Shown here one piece after another: positions 18,698 through 27,011 of a DNA stretch of 27,011 nucleotides. This DNA comes from an uncultured Clostridia bacterium. GTDB lineage: Bacteria > Bacillota > Clostridia > TANB77 > CAG-508. The position numbers were made by a program, and so were the translations under genes. Below the pieces are notes generated by a model. The model searched no databases. It saw only the letters and a list, made by a program, of their open reading frames with translations, and was not told the DNA's origin. The stretch spans positions 1 through 27,011 of the forward strand of contig CARBKU010000001.1 in NCBI GenBank assembly GCA_948946035.1, given 5' to 3'. How positions within the stretch are numbered: position 1 is the first letter of the stretch; every line of letters begins with the position of its first letter.

Positions 18698-21600
18698 GTG
18701 GACGAATTAGATATTTTTAACAAATTAAAAATAGGAATTGCATCAGACGAAAAAATAAGAGAATGGTCAAAAGGGGAAGTAAAAAAGCCAGAAACAATCA
18801 ACTACAGAACATTAAAACCAGAAAAAGATGGACTATTCTGTGAAAGAATATTTGGACCAACAAAAGACTGGGAATGTCATTGTGGTAAATACAAAAGAGT
18901 AAGATATAAAGGAATAGTATGTGACAGATGTGGAGTAGAAGTAACAAAAGCAAAAGTAAGACGTGAAAGAATGGGACACATAGAACTTGCAGCACCAGTT
19001 GCACACATATGGTACTTCAAAGGAATACCAAGCAGAATTGCATTAATGCTTGATATATCACCAAGAAACCTAGAAAAAGTAATATACTTTGCATCATACA
19101 TTGTAATAGACAAAAAAGACACAGGACTAGAACAATGTCAAATACTTAACGAAAAAGAATATCATGAAGCAGAAGAAAAATATGGAAAAGGCTCATTTAA
19201 AGCACAAATGGGAGCAGAAGCATTTGAAGAATTATTAAAGAAGATAGACTTAGACAAACTATCAGTGCAAATAAAAAAAGAACTAGAAGGAGCAAGCGAG
19301 CAAAAAAGAGTTAAACTAGTAAAAAGATTAGATACAGTTGAATCATTTAGAATATCTGGAAATAGACCAGAATGGATGATAATGAATGTTGTACCAGTTA
19401 TTCCACCAGAACTAAGACCAATGGTACAATTAGACGGTGGAAGATTTGCAACATCAGACTTAAATGACTTATATAGAAGAGTCATAAACAGAAACAACAG
19501 ACTAAAAAGACTATTAGAACTTGGAGCACCAGAAATAATTGTACGTAATGAAAAAAGAATGCTACAAGAATCAGTAGATGCTCTAATAGATAATGGTAGA
19601 CGTGGAAGACCAGTAACAGGAGCTGGAAACAGACCATTAAAATCATTATCAGACTTACTAAAAGGTAAACAAGGTAGATTTCGTCAAAACTTACTAGGAA
19701 AGCGTGTTGACTATTCTGGACGTTCTGTTATAGTAGTTGGACCAGAACTAAAATTGTATCAATGTGGACTTCCAAAAGAAATGGCTGTTGAATTATTCAA
19801 ACCATTTGTTATGAGAGAATTAGTAGGAAGAGGAATAGCACAAAACATCAAAAATGCAAAAAGAATGGTAGAAAGACTAAGACCAGAAGTATGGGGAATA
19901 TTAGAAGAAGTTATAAAAGATCATCCAGTAATGTTAAACCGTGCCCCAACACTACATAGATTAGGAATTCAAAGTTTTGAACCAGTACTAGTAGAAGGAA
20001 GAGCAATAAAACTTCACCCATTAGTATGTGAAGCATTCAATGCTGACTTTGATGGTGACCAAATGGCTGTACATTTACCATTATCACCAGAAGCACAAGC
20101 AGAATCAAGATACTTAATGTTATCTACAAATAACTTACTTAAACCACAAGATGGTAAACCAGTTGCTACACCTAGACTTGACATGATTTTAGGAAGTTAT
20201 TATTTAACAATGGTAATAGATGGCGAAAAAGGAGAAGGAAAATACTTTAAAGACCCAGATGAAGCTATAATGGCATTTGAAAATCATGAAGTAGATATAC
20301 ATGCAAAAATATTTGTTAGAAAAACAATAGAAATTGATGGAGAATTAAAAAACAAAAAAATAGAAACAAGCGTTGGAAGAATAATATTCAACCAAGGAAT
20401 TCCACAAGATTTAGGATTTATAGACAGAAAAGAAGACCCATTCCAATACGAAATTAGTTTCCCAGTTGTTAAAAAGACAATGGGTCAAATTATAGAAAGA
20501 GTAATTAGAACTCATGGACTAACAGAATCAGCAGAAGTAATAGACTACATTAAATCATTAGGTTATAAATATGCAACACTTGCTGGTATAACATATTCAA
20601 TGGATGACGTAAAAGTCCCAGCAGCAAAAAATGAATTATTACAAGAAGCTGACAATAAAGTAGAAACTATTAGAAAACAATATGCAAGAGGTTTAATTAC
20701 TAACGAAGAAAGATATAATGCTGTAATTAATGTATGGGAAGATGCAACTAAAAACGTTAGTCGTGTCATGGAAGAAAACTTTGATGATTTAAACCCAGTA
20801 TATATGATGGTAAAATCAGGAGCCAGAGGTAACATGAACCAATTAAGACAAATTGCTGGTATGCGTGGTCTTATGGCTAGTACTACTGGTAAAGCAGTTG
20901 AAATTCCAATTAAATCATCATTTGCTGAAGGGCTAGACGCATTAGAGTACTTTATTTCAGCCCATGGAGCTCGTAAGGGACTTTCAGATACAGCTTTAAG
21001 AACAGCTGACTCAGGATATCTAACTAGAAGATTAGTTGATGTAGCACAAGATATTATAGTTAGAGAACATGACTGTGGAACAAGCGAAGGAATTATTGTT
21101 TATGATATAAAAGATGGAAATCAAGTAATAGAAAAAATGCAAGAAAGATTAGTAGGAAGATTTACAACACAAGATGTAGTTGACCCAAAAACAAATGAAC
21201 TTATCATTGATACAAACACTATGATTACAGAGGACATTGCAGATAAAATAGTAGAAGCAGGAATTGAAAATTTAGAGGTACGTTCAGTACTTGGATGCCA
21301 TTCAAAACATGGTGTATGTCAAAAATGTTATGGTATGGGCTTAGCAAGAAGAGACTTAGTTTCAATAGGTGAAGCAATAGGAATTATTGCTGCTCAATCA
21401 ATTGGTGAACCAGGTACACAGCTTACAATGAGAACAATTCACTCTGGTGGTGTAGCAGGTGTAGCTGATATTACACAAGGTCTTCCAAGGGTTGAAGAAT
21501 TATTTGAAGCAAGAAAACCAAAAGGACTTGCAATTATAACTGAAATAGATGGTAAAGTAAAAATAAAAGAAACAAAGAAAAAGAAAGAAGTTATTGTAAC

Positions 21601-22228
21601 AAATAATGGAGATTCTAAAACATATACAATACCATTTGGTTCAAAAATGAAGGTTAAAGATGGAGACATGGTAGAAGCATGTGAACCATTAATAGAAGGT
21701 TCAATTAATCCAAGTGAAATACTTGCTATAAAAGGACCAGAAGGAGTATATGAATACTTAATTTCAGAAGTTCAAAAAGTTTATAGAAATCAAGGTGTTG
21801 ATATTAATGATAAACATATTGAAGTAATTGGTAGACAAATGCTTAAAAAGGTTAGAGTTGAAGATAATGCAGATACAGATATGTTCCCAGGTTCATTAAT
21901 TGATATGTATGATTTTGCAGATGCAAATAAAGAAATTGAAGAACAAGGAAAACGCCCAGCAACAGGTAAAAGAGTATTACTTGGTATTACAAAAGCATCA
22001 CTTGCTACAGAAAGTTTCTTGTCAGCAGCATCATTCCAAGAAACAACTAGAGTATTAACAGAAGCAGCTGTTAAAGGTAAAGTAGATGACTTAGTTGGAT
22101 TAAAAGAAAATGTTATTATTGGTAAGCTAATTCCAGCAGGTACAGGTATGCAAAAATATCAAAATATTCATATTAGTACAGAAAAAGAACTTGAAGAAAC
22201 TTCAGAAGAAGTTGAAGAGAATAATTAG
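18698..22228 (+). CDS. rpoC: DNA-directed RNA polymerase beta' subunit
   Basis: N-terminal zinc finger (CHC...CDRC), catalytic NADFDGD, bridge helix [30 protein letters not shown] start with GAGGGG RBS. Confidence 0.99.
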   Translation: MDELDIFNKLKIGIASDEKIREWSKGEVKKPETINYRTLKPEKDGLFCERIFGPTKDWECHCGKYKRVRYKGIVCDRCGVEVTKAKVRRERMGHIELAAPVAHIWYFKGIPSRIALMLDISPRNLEKVIYFASYIVIDKKDTGLEQCQILNEKEYHEAEEKYGKGSFKAQMGAEAFEELLKKIDLDKLSVQIKKELEGASEQKRVKLVKRLDTVESFRISGNRPEWMIMNVVPVIPPELRPMVQLDGGRFATSDLNDLYRRVINRNNRLKRLLELGAPEIIVRNEKRMLQESVDALIDNGRRGRPVTGAGNRPLKSLSDLLKGKQGRFRQNLLGKRVDYSGRSVIVVGPELKLYQCGLPKEMAVELFKPFVMRELVGRGIAQNIKNAKRMVERLRPEVWGILEEVIKDHPVMLNRAPTLHRLGIQSFEPVLVEGRAIKLHPLVCEAFNADFDGDQMAVHLPLSPEAQAESRYLMLSTNNLLKPQDGKPVATPRLDMILGSYYLTMVIDGEKGEGKYFKDPDEAIMAFENHEVDIHAKIFVRKTIEIDGELKNKKIETSVGRIIFNQGIPQDLGFIDRKEDPFQYEISFPVVKKTMGQIIERVIRTHGLTESAEVIDYIKSLGYKYATLAGITYSMDDVKVPAAKNELLQEADNKVETIRKQYARGLITNEERYNAVINVWEDATKNVSRVMEENFDDLNPVYMMVKSGARGNMNQLRQIAGMRGLMASTTGKAVEIPIKSSFAEGLDALEYFISAHGARKGLSDTALRTADSGYLTRRLVDVAQDIIVREHDCGTSEGIIVYDIKDGNQVIEKMQERLVGRFTTQDVVDPKTNELIIDTNTMITEDIADKIVEAGIENLEVRSVLGCHSKHGVCQKCYGMGLARRDLVSIGEAIGIIAAQSIGEPGTQLTMRTIHSGGVAGVADITQGLPRVEELFEARKPKGLAIITEIDGKVKIKETKKKKEVIVTNNGDSKTYTIPFGSKMKVKDGDMVEACEPLIEGSINPSEILAIKGPEGVYEYLISEVQKVYRNQGVDINDKHIEVIGRQMLKKVRVEDNADTDMFPGSLIDMYDFADANKEIEEQGKRPATGKRVLLGITKASLATESFLSAASFQETTRVLTEAAVKGKVDDLVGLKENVIIGKLIPAGTGMQKYQNIHISTEKELEETSEEVEENN

Positions 22229-22238
22229 AGAGTGTAAG

Positions 22239-22269
22239 AAAGAGAGGATTATAAAAATCCTCTCTTTTT
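22239..22269 (+). terminator. Intrinsic terminator of rpoBC (possibly bidirectional)
   Basis: AAAGAGAGGATT-ATAAA-AATCCTCTCTTT perfect 12-bp stem ending in a T run, about 10 nt after the rpoC stop. Confidence 0.9.
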
Positions 22270-22290
22270 CAAGTAATTGCCGTGATTTTG

Positions 22291-22319
22291 TTGACAAAAC
22301 AGCCATTTGTTAGTAAAAT
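22291..22319 (+). promoter_or_regulatory. Sigma-A promoter of gdpP
   Basis: TTGACA (22291-22296), 17 bp, TAAAAT (22314-22319). RBS AGGAG at 22337-22341. Confidence 0.75.
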
Positions 22320-22348
22320 ATAATAGAATAAAAATAAGGAGAAAATTT

Positions 22349-24362
22349 ATGCAGACTAACAACAGAAAAGTATTTGATAAATTAGTATCAAAAACAAAAA
22401 TATATTTAGGCATAATCTTAATATTATTAACAATCATTTGCATTACGATACCAGCGATGATAATACCAGCAATAATCATATATGTATTACTCATTATATA
22501 CTCATACTATACAAATAATAAAAGAAAAAGTGAAATATCAGAAACATTGCAAGATCTAACACTAACAGTAGACACAACAGCAAAAACAAGTTTAATAAAT
22601 TCTCCATTTCCATTAATAATATTACAAACAGATGGAAATATAATTTGGAGAAGTTCAAAATTTAACACTGAATTTGCTAACATAGACATAAATAATTATT
22701 TAAATGATTTAACAATAGAATTAAAAAGTGAAATTGAAAACAGAAAAGACAACAACAATAAAGACATAGAAAGAAAGATAGAAATAGATAAAAAAACATA
22801 TTTAATAAAAGGAAGATATATAGATTATAAAGAAAGAGAAAGAAAAAAAGAATACATGATAATGTTATACTTTATTGATGACACAGATAATATAAAACTA
22901 CAAAAAGAATATAAAAACTCAAAAACATGTGTTGGAATGTTAGTAGTTGACAATTACGAAGAAACAATGCAAAGCATTGAAAGTGAAGAAAGGCCACAAG
23001 TAATTGCAGAAATAGATACAAGTATATATGATTGGGCAAACCTAACAAATGGAGTAATAATAAAACAGGACAAAAACAAATATATATACTTTTTTGAACA
23101 AAGATATTTAGAAATACTTAAAGAAGACAAATTTAGTATATTAGACAAAATAAAAGAAATAAATACAGACGAAAAGATACAATTCACATTAAGTATAGCA
23201 ATTTCGAATGAAGGAGAAACAGATAAAGAAAAATATAAATCAACACAAGCAGCAATGGACATTGTATTAGGACGTGGAGGAGACCAAGCGGTAATAAGAG
23301 AAAACGAAATATACAAATTCTTTGGAGGAAGAACAGAAGAAGTAGAATCAAGAACAAAAGTAAAAGCAAGAGTAGTAGCACATGCTTTAGAAAACCTAAT
23401 AAAAGATTCTAAAAAAGTAATGATAATGGGACATACAAATCCAGACATGGACTGCATTGGAGCAAGTATGGGAATATATAGATTAGCAAAAACACTAAAC
23501 ACAAATGCATATATTATACACAACGAGAGAACTGTATCAATTAAAGATTTTCAAGATTCTATTGACAAAGATGAAGAATATGAAGATATAATGATAAATA
23601 AAGAAGTTGCTATTGAAAATATAGATGAAGAAACCTTACTAGTAATTGTTGATACACACAAGAAAAATTATGTACAAGTACCAGAATTATTAGAAAGAGC
23701 AAAAAAAGTAGCAATAATAGACCATCATAGAAGAAGTGCAGACTATATAGAAAATGCAACAATAACATTTCAAGAAGTATATGCTTCATCAGCAGCAGAA
23801 TTAGTCACAGAATTACTACAATATGTGGAGAAAAAGGTTGAACTAAAAACAATAGAGGCAGAAAGTTTATATGCAGGAATAATGATAGATACAAAAAACT
23901 TTACATTTAAAACAGGAGTTAGAACATTTGAAGCAGCAGCATATCTACGTAAATGTGGAGTAGATATAATAAGAGTAAAAAAATGGTTTCAAGGAAACTT
24001 AGAAAGTTATAATACAATAGCAGAAATAGTAAAAGAAGCAGAAATAGTAAACGATACTATAGCTATATCAATATATGAAAAAAAGAAAGAAGATACAAGC
24101 CTAATATGTGCAAAAGCAGCAGACGAATTACTTACAATAAGTGAAGTAACAGCATCATTTGTAATAGGAAATATAGGCGAAAAAGTATGTATTAGTGGAA
24201 GGTCTATTGGAGATATAAATGTTCAGGTAATATTAGAAAAGCTACGGAGGAGGAGGACACATAACATTAGCAGGTGCACAAGTAGAAGGAATGACAGTAG
24301 AAGAAACAAAGCAAGAACTAATAAATAAAATAAATGAATATTTTTCTGAAATAGAAAGTTAA
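22349..24362 (+). CDS. gdpP: Cyclic-di-AMP phosphodiesterase GdpP (TM-PAS-degenerate GGDEF-DHH-DHHA1), about 670 aa if a +1 frameshift occurs at 24245
   Basis: N-terminal hydrophobic segments, GGDQA, GHTNPDMD, DHHRR and SGRS motifs. ATG 22349 follows the AGGAG RBS. Frame 0 drifts into LRRRRTHN... and stops at 24328. The +1 frame from 24246 reads GGGGHITLAGAQVEGMTVEETKQELINKINEYFSEIES-stop (24360-24362). It lies directly upstream of rplI, as expected for gdpP. Confidence 0.92.
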
Positions 24363-24365
24363 AAT

Positions 24366-24401
24366 AAAATTGCCAGTGGGATAGAAATTCTGGCAATTTT
24401 T
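24366..24401 (+). terminator. Intrinsic terminator after gdpP
   Basis: AAAATTGCCAG ... CTGGCAATTTT(T), 11-bp perfect stem starting 4 nt after the +1-frame stop codon. Confidence 0.7.
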
Positions 24402-24413
24402 CAATATATGTAG

Positions 24414-24442
24414 TTGAAAAAAAGAAAAAAATAGTGTAAACT
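24414..24442 (+). promoter_or_regulatory. Candidate sigma-A promoter for rplI-dnaB-tilS
   Basis: TTGAAA (24414-24419), 17 bp, TAAACT (24437-24442), located between the gdpP terminator and rplI. Confidence 0.55.
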
Positions 24443-24470
24443 ATACATATTAAGAAAGGCAGTGAGTTTT

Positions 24471-24920
24471 ATGAAAGTGATTTTAAAACAAGATATAAAA
24501 GGTGTAGGAAAGAAAGATCAAATTATTAATGCATCAGATGGATATGCACGTAATTTTTTATTTCCCAAAAATATGGCAGTAGAGGCAAATACAGAAAATA
24601 TTAGTAAATTAAAAGCAAAGCAAGATTCTAATACTTTCAAAAAATCACAAGAGAAAGAAGAAGCAAAAAAAATAGCAAATAAAATTTCAGAAATAACCCT
24701 AAAAATACTTGTAAAATCAGGTGAAAATGGCAAAATATTTGGAGGGGTTTCTACAAAAGAAATTTCAGAAGTACTAGAAAAAGAATATAAAATAAAAGTT
24801 GACAAAAAGAAAATAGAATTAAAAGAGACAATAAAGACATTAGGGGCAAGAAAAATTGATATAAAATTATATGAAGGTGTAATAGCTAATTTAAAAATTA
24901 ATGTTATATCAGAAAATTAG
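24471..24920 (+). CDS. rplI: 50S ribosomal protein L9
   Basis: MKVILKQDIKGVGKKDQIINASDGYARNFLFPK and GKIFGGVSTKEI are typical of L9. ATG 24471 matches the conserved MKVIL start better than GTG 24462. Confidence 0.98.
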   Translation: MKVILKQDIKGVGKKDQIINASDGYARNFLFPKNMAVEANTENISKLKAKQDSNTFKKSQEKEEAKKIANKISEITLKILVKSGENGKIFGGVSTKEISEVLEKEYKIKVDKKKIELKETIKTLGARKIDIKLYEGVIANLKINVISEN

Positions 24921-24951
24921 CATTTTAGTCTTTTGGGGAGAGAGGATGTAA

Positions 24952-26289
24952 ATGGATTTAGGAAAGGTACCACCACACGATTTAGAAGCAGAACAAGCCA
25001 TAATAGGTAGTATGCTTACAGATAAAGATGCTGTTATAGCAAGTATAGAAGTACTAAAAGAAGAAGATTTTTATAGAGAAGACAATAAAGCCATTTATGC
25101 TGCTATTCTAAATTTATATACACGAGCAGAACCCATAGACATTATTACAGTAAAATCAGAATTAGAATCAATGGGCAAGTTTGAACAAATTGGAGGACTA
25201 GAATATCTAGCTGAACTTCCTGAAAAAGTTCCTACAACTGCAAATGCATCTAAATATATAAAAATAGTAGAAGAAAAATCAACACTAAGAAGATTAATAA
25301 AAACAGCAAACGAAATAATAGAATTAGGATATAATCAAACAGAAGAAGTAGATGACATTATGGAAGGGGCAGAAAAGAAAATATTTAACATTATGCAAGA
25401 CAAAGGAGAAAAAAGTTACTCTCCATTAAAAGATGTATTAGTAGACAGTTTTACTCAACTAGAAGAATTATATAATAGAAAGCAACATATAACAGGTGTA
25501 CCTACAGGATTTACAGAATTGGACTATAAAACTGCAGGTTTACATGGTTCAGAATTAATATTAATAGCGGCAAGACCAGCTATGGGAAAAACAGCATTTG
25601 CCTTAAATATTGCAACAAATGCAGCATTAAGAGCAAAAGTGCCAGTAGCAGTATTTAGCTTAGAAATGTCAAAAGAGCAACTTGTAAACAGAGTTTTATG
25701 TAGTGAATCAATGGTGGATAGTAACAAAGTAAGAACTGGAAAATTAGAAGAAAATGACTGGACAAAACTAGCAGAATCAGTTGGACCATTATCAGAAGCA
25801 GAAGTTTATATAGACGACACACCAGGAATATCAATTACAGAAATTAGAGCAAAATGTAGAAAACTAAAATTAGAAAAAGACATAGGAATGGTGGTAATAG
25901 ACTATTTACAACTAGTACAAGGTAGTAATAGTAGAAGAAGTGGCAGTCGTGAGCAAGAAATATCAGAAATAAGTAGATCATTAAAAATATTAGCAAAAGA
26001 ACTAAATGTGCCAGTAATTGCACTATCACAACTATCGAGAGCAGCAGAACAAAGACCAGACCATAGACCAATGTTATCTGACTTAAGGGAATCAGGAGCA
26101 ATAGAGCAAGATGCTGATATAGTAATGTTTTTATATAGAGATGATTATTATAATCAAGACAGCGAAAAAAAAGATATTGCAGAAGTAATAATAGCAAAAC
26201 ACAGAGGTGGTTCAACAGGAACAATAGAATTATTATGGCTAGGAAGCTACACAAAATTTGTTAATTTAGAAAGAAGATTTGACGGTTAA
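24952..26289 (+). CDS. dnaB: Replicative DNA helicase
   Basis: PPHDLEAEQA N-terminus, Walker A ARPAMGKT, VIDYLQL, LSQLSR, DLRESGAIEQDAD. Confidence 0.99.
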   Translation: MDLGKVPPHDLEAEQAIIGSMLTDKDAVIASIEVLKEEDFYREDNKAIYAAILNLYTRAEPIDIITVKSELESMGKFEQIGGLEYLAELPEKVPTTANASKYIKIVEEKSTLRRLIKTANEIIELGYNQTEEVDDIMEGAEKKIFNIMQDKGEKSYSPLKDVLVDSFTQLEELYNRKQHITGVPTGFTELDYKTAGLHGSELILIAARPAMGKTAFALNIATNAALRAKVPVAVFSLEMSKEQLVNRVLCSESMVDSNKVRTGKLEENDWTKLAESVGPLSEAEVYIDDTPGISITEIRAKCRKLKLEKDIGMVVIDYLQLVQGSNSRRSGSREQEISEISRSLKILAKELNVPVIALSQLSRAAEQRPDHRPMLSDLRESGAIEQDADIVMFLYRDDYYNQDSEKKDIAEVIIAKHRGGSTGTIELLWLGSYTKFVNLERRFDG

Positions 26290-26304
26290 AGGAATGTAAT
26301 TAAA

Positions 26305-27011
26305 ATGTCTGATATGGAAAATAAAGTTATAGAAACAATAAAAAAATATAAACTAATAGAAGAAGGTGACAAAATAGTTATAGGGGTATCAGGTGGACCA
26401 GACTCTATGTGTTTATTAGATATACTTAACAAAATAATAAAACAAAAAAAATATCAAAAATCTATGTCTACAGTAGAAATAGTTGTTGCACACATTAATC
26501 ATATGATTAGGCAAGAAGCAAAAGATGATGAAGAATATGTTAGAGATTATTGCAAAAAAAATAACATTGATTTTTATTCAAAAAGTATAGATGTTCAAAA
26601 ATTTGCCAATAATAATAAAATAGGAACAGAAGAAGCAGGAAGATTAGCGAGATATGATTTTTTTAATGAAGTTTGTAAAATGACACATAGTAATAAAATT
26701 GCTATTGCTCATAATAAAAATGATAAAAGTGAAACTATTATTATGAATTTGTTAAGAGGTAGCGGAATAAGTGGATTGAAAGGAATTGAACCTAAAAGAG
26801 AAAAATATATTAGACCTTTAATAGAGTGTGAAAGATATCAAATTGAAAATTATTGTAATGATAATAATATAGAACCTAGAATTGATAAAACTAATTTTGA
26901 AAATGTGTATACAAGAAACAAAGTAAGAAATATAGTTATTCCGTATATAAAGGAAGAATTTAATCCAAACATAATTAATACTCTAGATAGATTATCAAAG
27001 TTAGTTTGTGA
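26305..27011 (+). CDS. tilS: tRNA(Ile)-lysidine synthetase (3' end outside the window; not in the ORF track)
   Basis: Manual translation MSDMENKVIETIKKYKLIEEGDKIVIGVSGGPDSMCLL (PP-loop SGGPDS), AHINHMIR, EEAGRLARY, AHNKNDKSET..NLLRGSG, IRPL, TRNKVR. The frame is open to the window end. An alternative start is ATG 26314. Confidence 0.96.
   Translation, partial: MSDMENKVIETIKKYKLIEEGDKIVIGVSGGPDSMCLLDILNKIIKQKKYQKSMSTVEIVVAHINHMIRQEAKDDEEYVRDYCKKNNIDFYSKSIDVQKFANNNKIGTEEAGRLARYDFFNEVCKMTHSNKIAIAHNKNDKSETIIMNLLRGSGISGLKGIEPKREKYIRPLIECERYQIENYCNDNNIEPRIDKTNFENVYTRNKVRNIVIPYIKEEFNPNIINTLDRLSKLVC

Noticed and set aside
24245..24328. Arg-rich C-terminus RRRRTHNISRCTSRRNDSRRNKARTNK of the 673-aa ORF as a genuine basic tail
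   Set aside because: It is the out-of-frame reading of GGGGHITLAGAQ...; the conserved sequence is in the +1 frame.
1142..26254. All minus-strand ORFs in the track (60-189 aa)
   Set aside because: They are antisense shadows of A-rich + strand genes or intergenic DNA, rich in F/L/S/I, with no recognisable motifs.

Overview
AT-rich window from a low-GC Firmicute (Clostridia-like; lineage is inferred), with all real genes on the + strand. It holds a 13.5-kb gene for a giant cell-surface protein (signal peptide, VWA/MIDAS domain, more than 20 SpaA/CnaB-like Ig repeats, DUF11-like domain, IKTG-type sorting signal). Next is a 308-bp highly palindromic non-coding element with 65-bp terminal inverted repeats, then rpoB-rpoC outside their usual ribosomal-protein context, then gdpP-rplI-dnaB-tilS (tilS truncated by the window end). 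Most striking: gdpP needs a +1 frameshift at CTA-CGG-A (24242-24248) to encode its GGGGH motif and native C-terminus, and that CGG is the only in-frame CGG codon I found in the window, which suggests recoding at a 'hungry' codon, although a one-base insertion or sequencing error is not excluded. A diverged, covarying copy of the element's outer arm also lies upstream of the giant gene.
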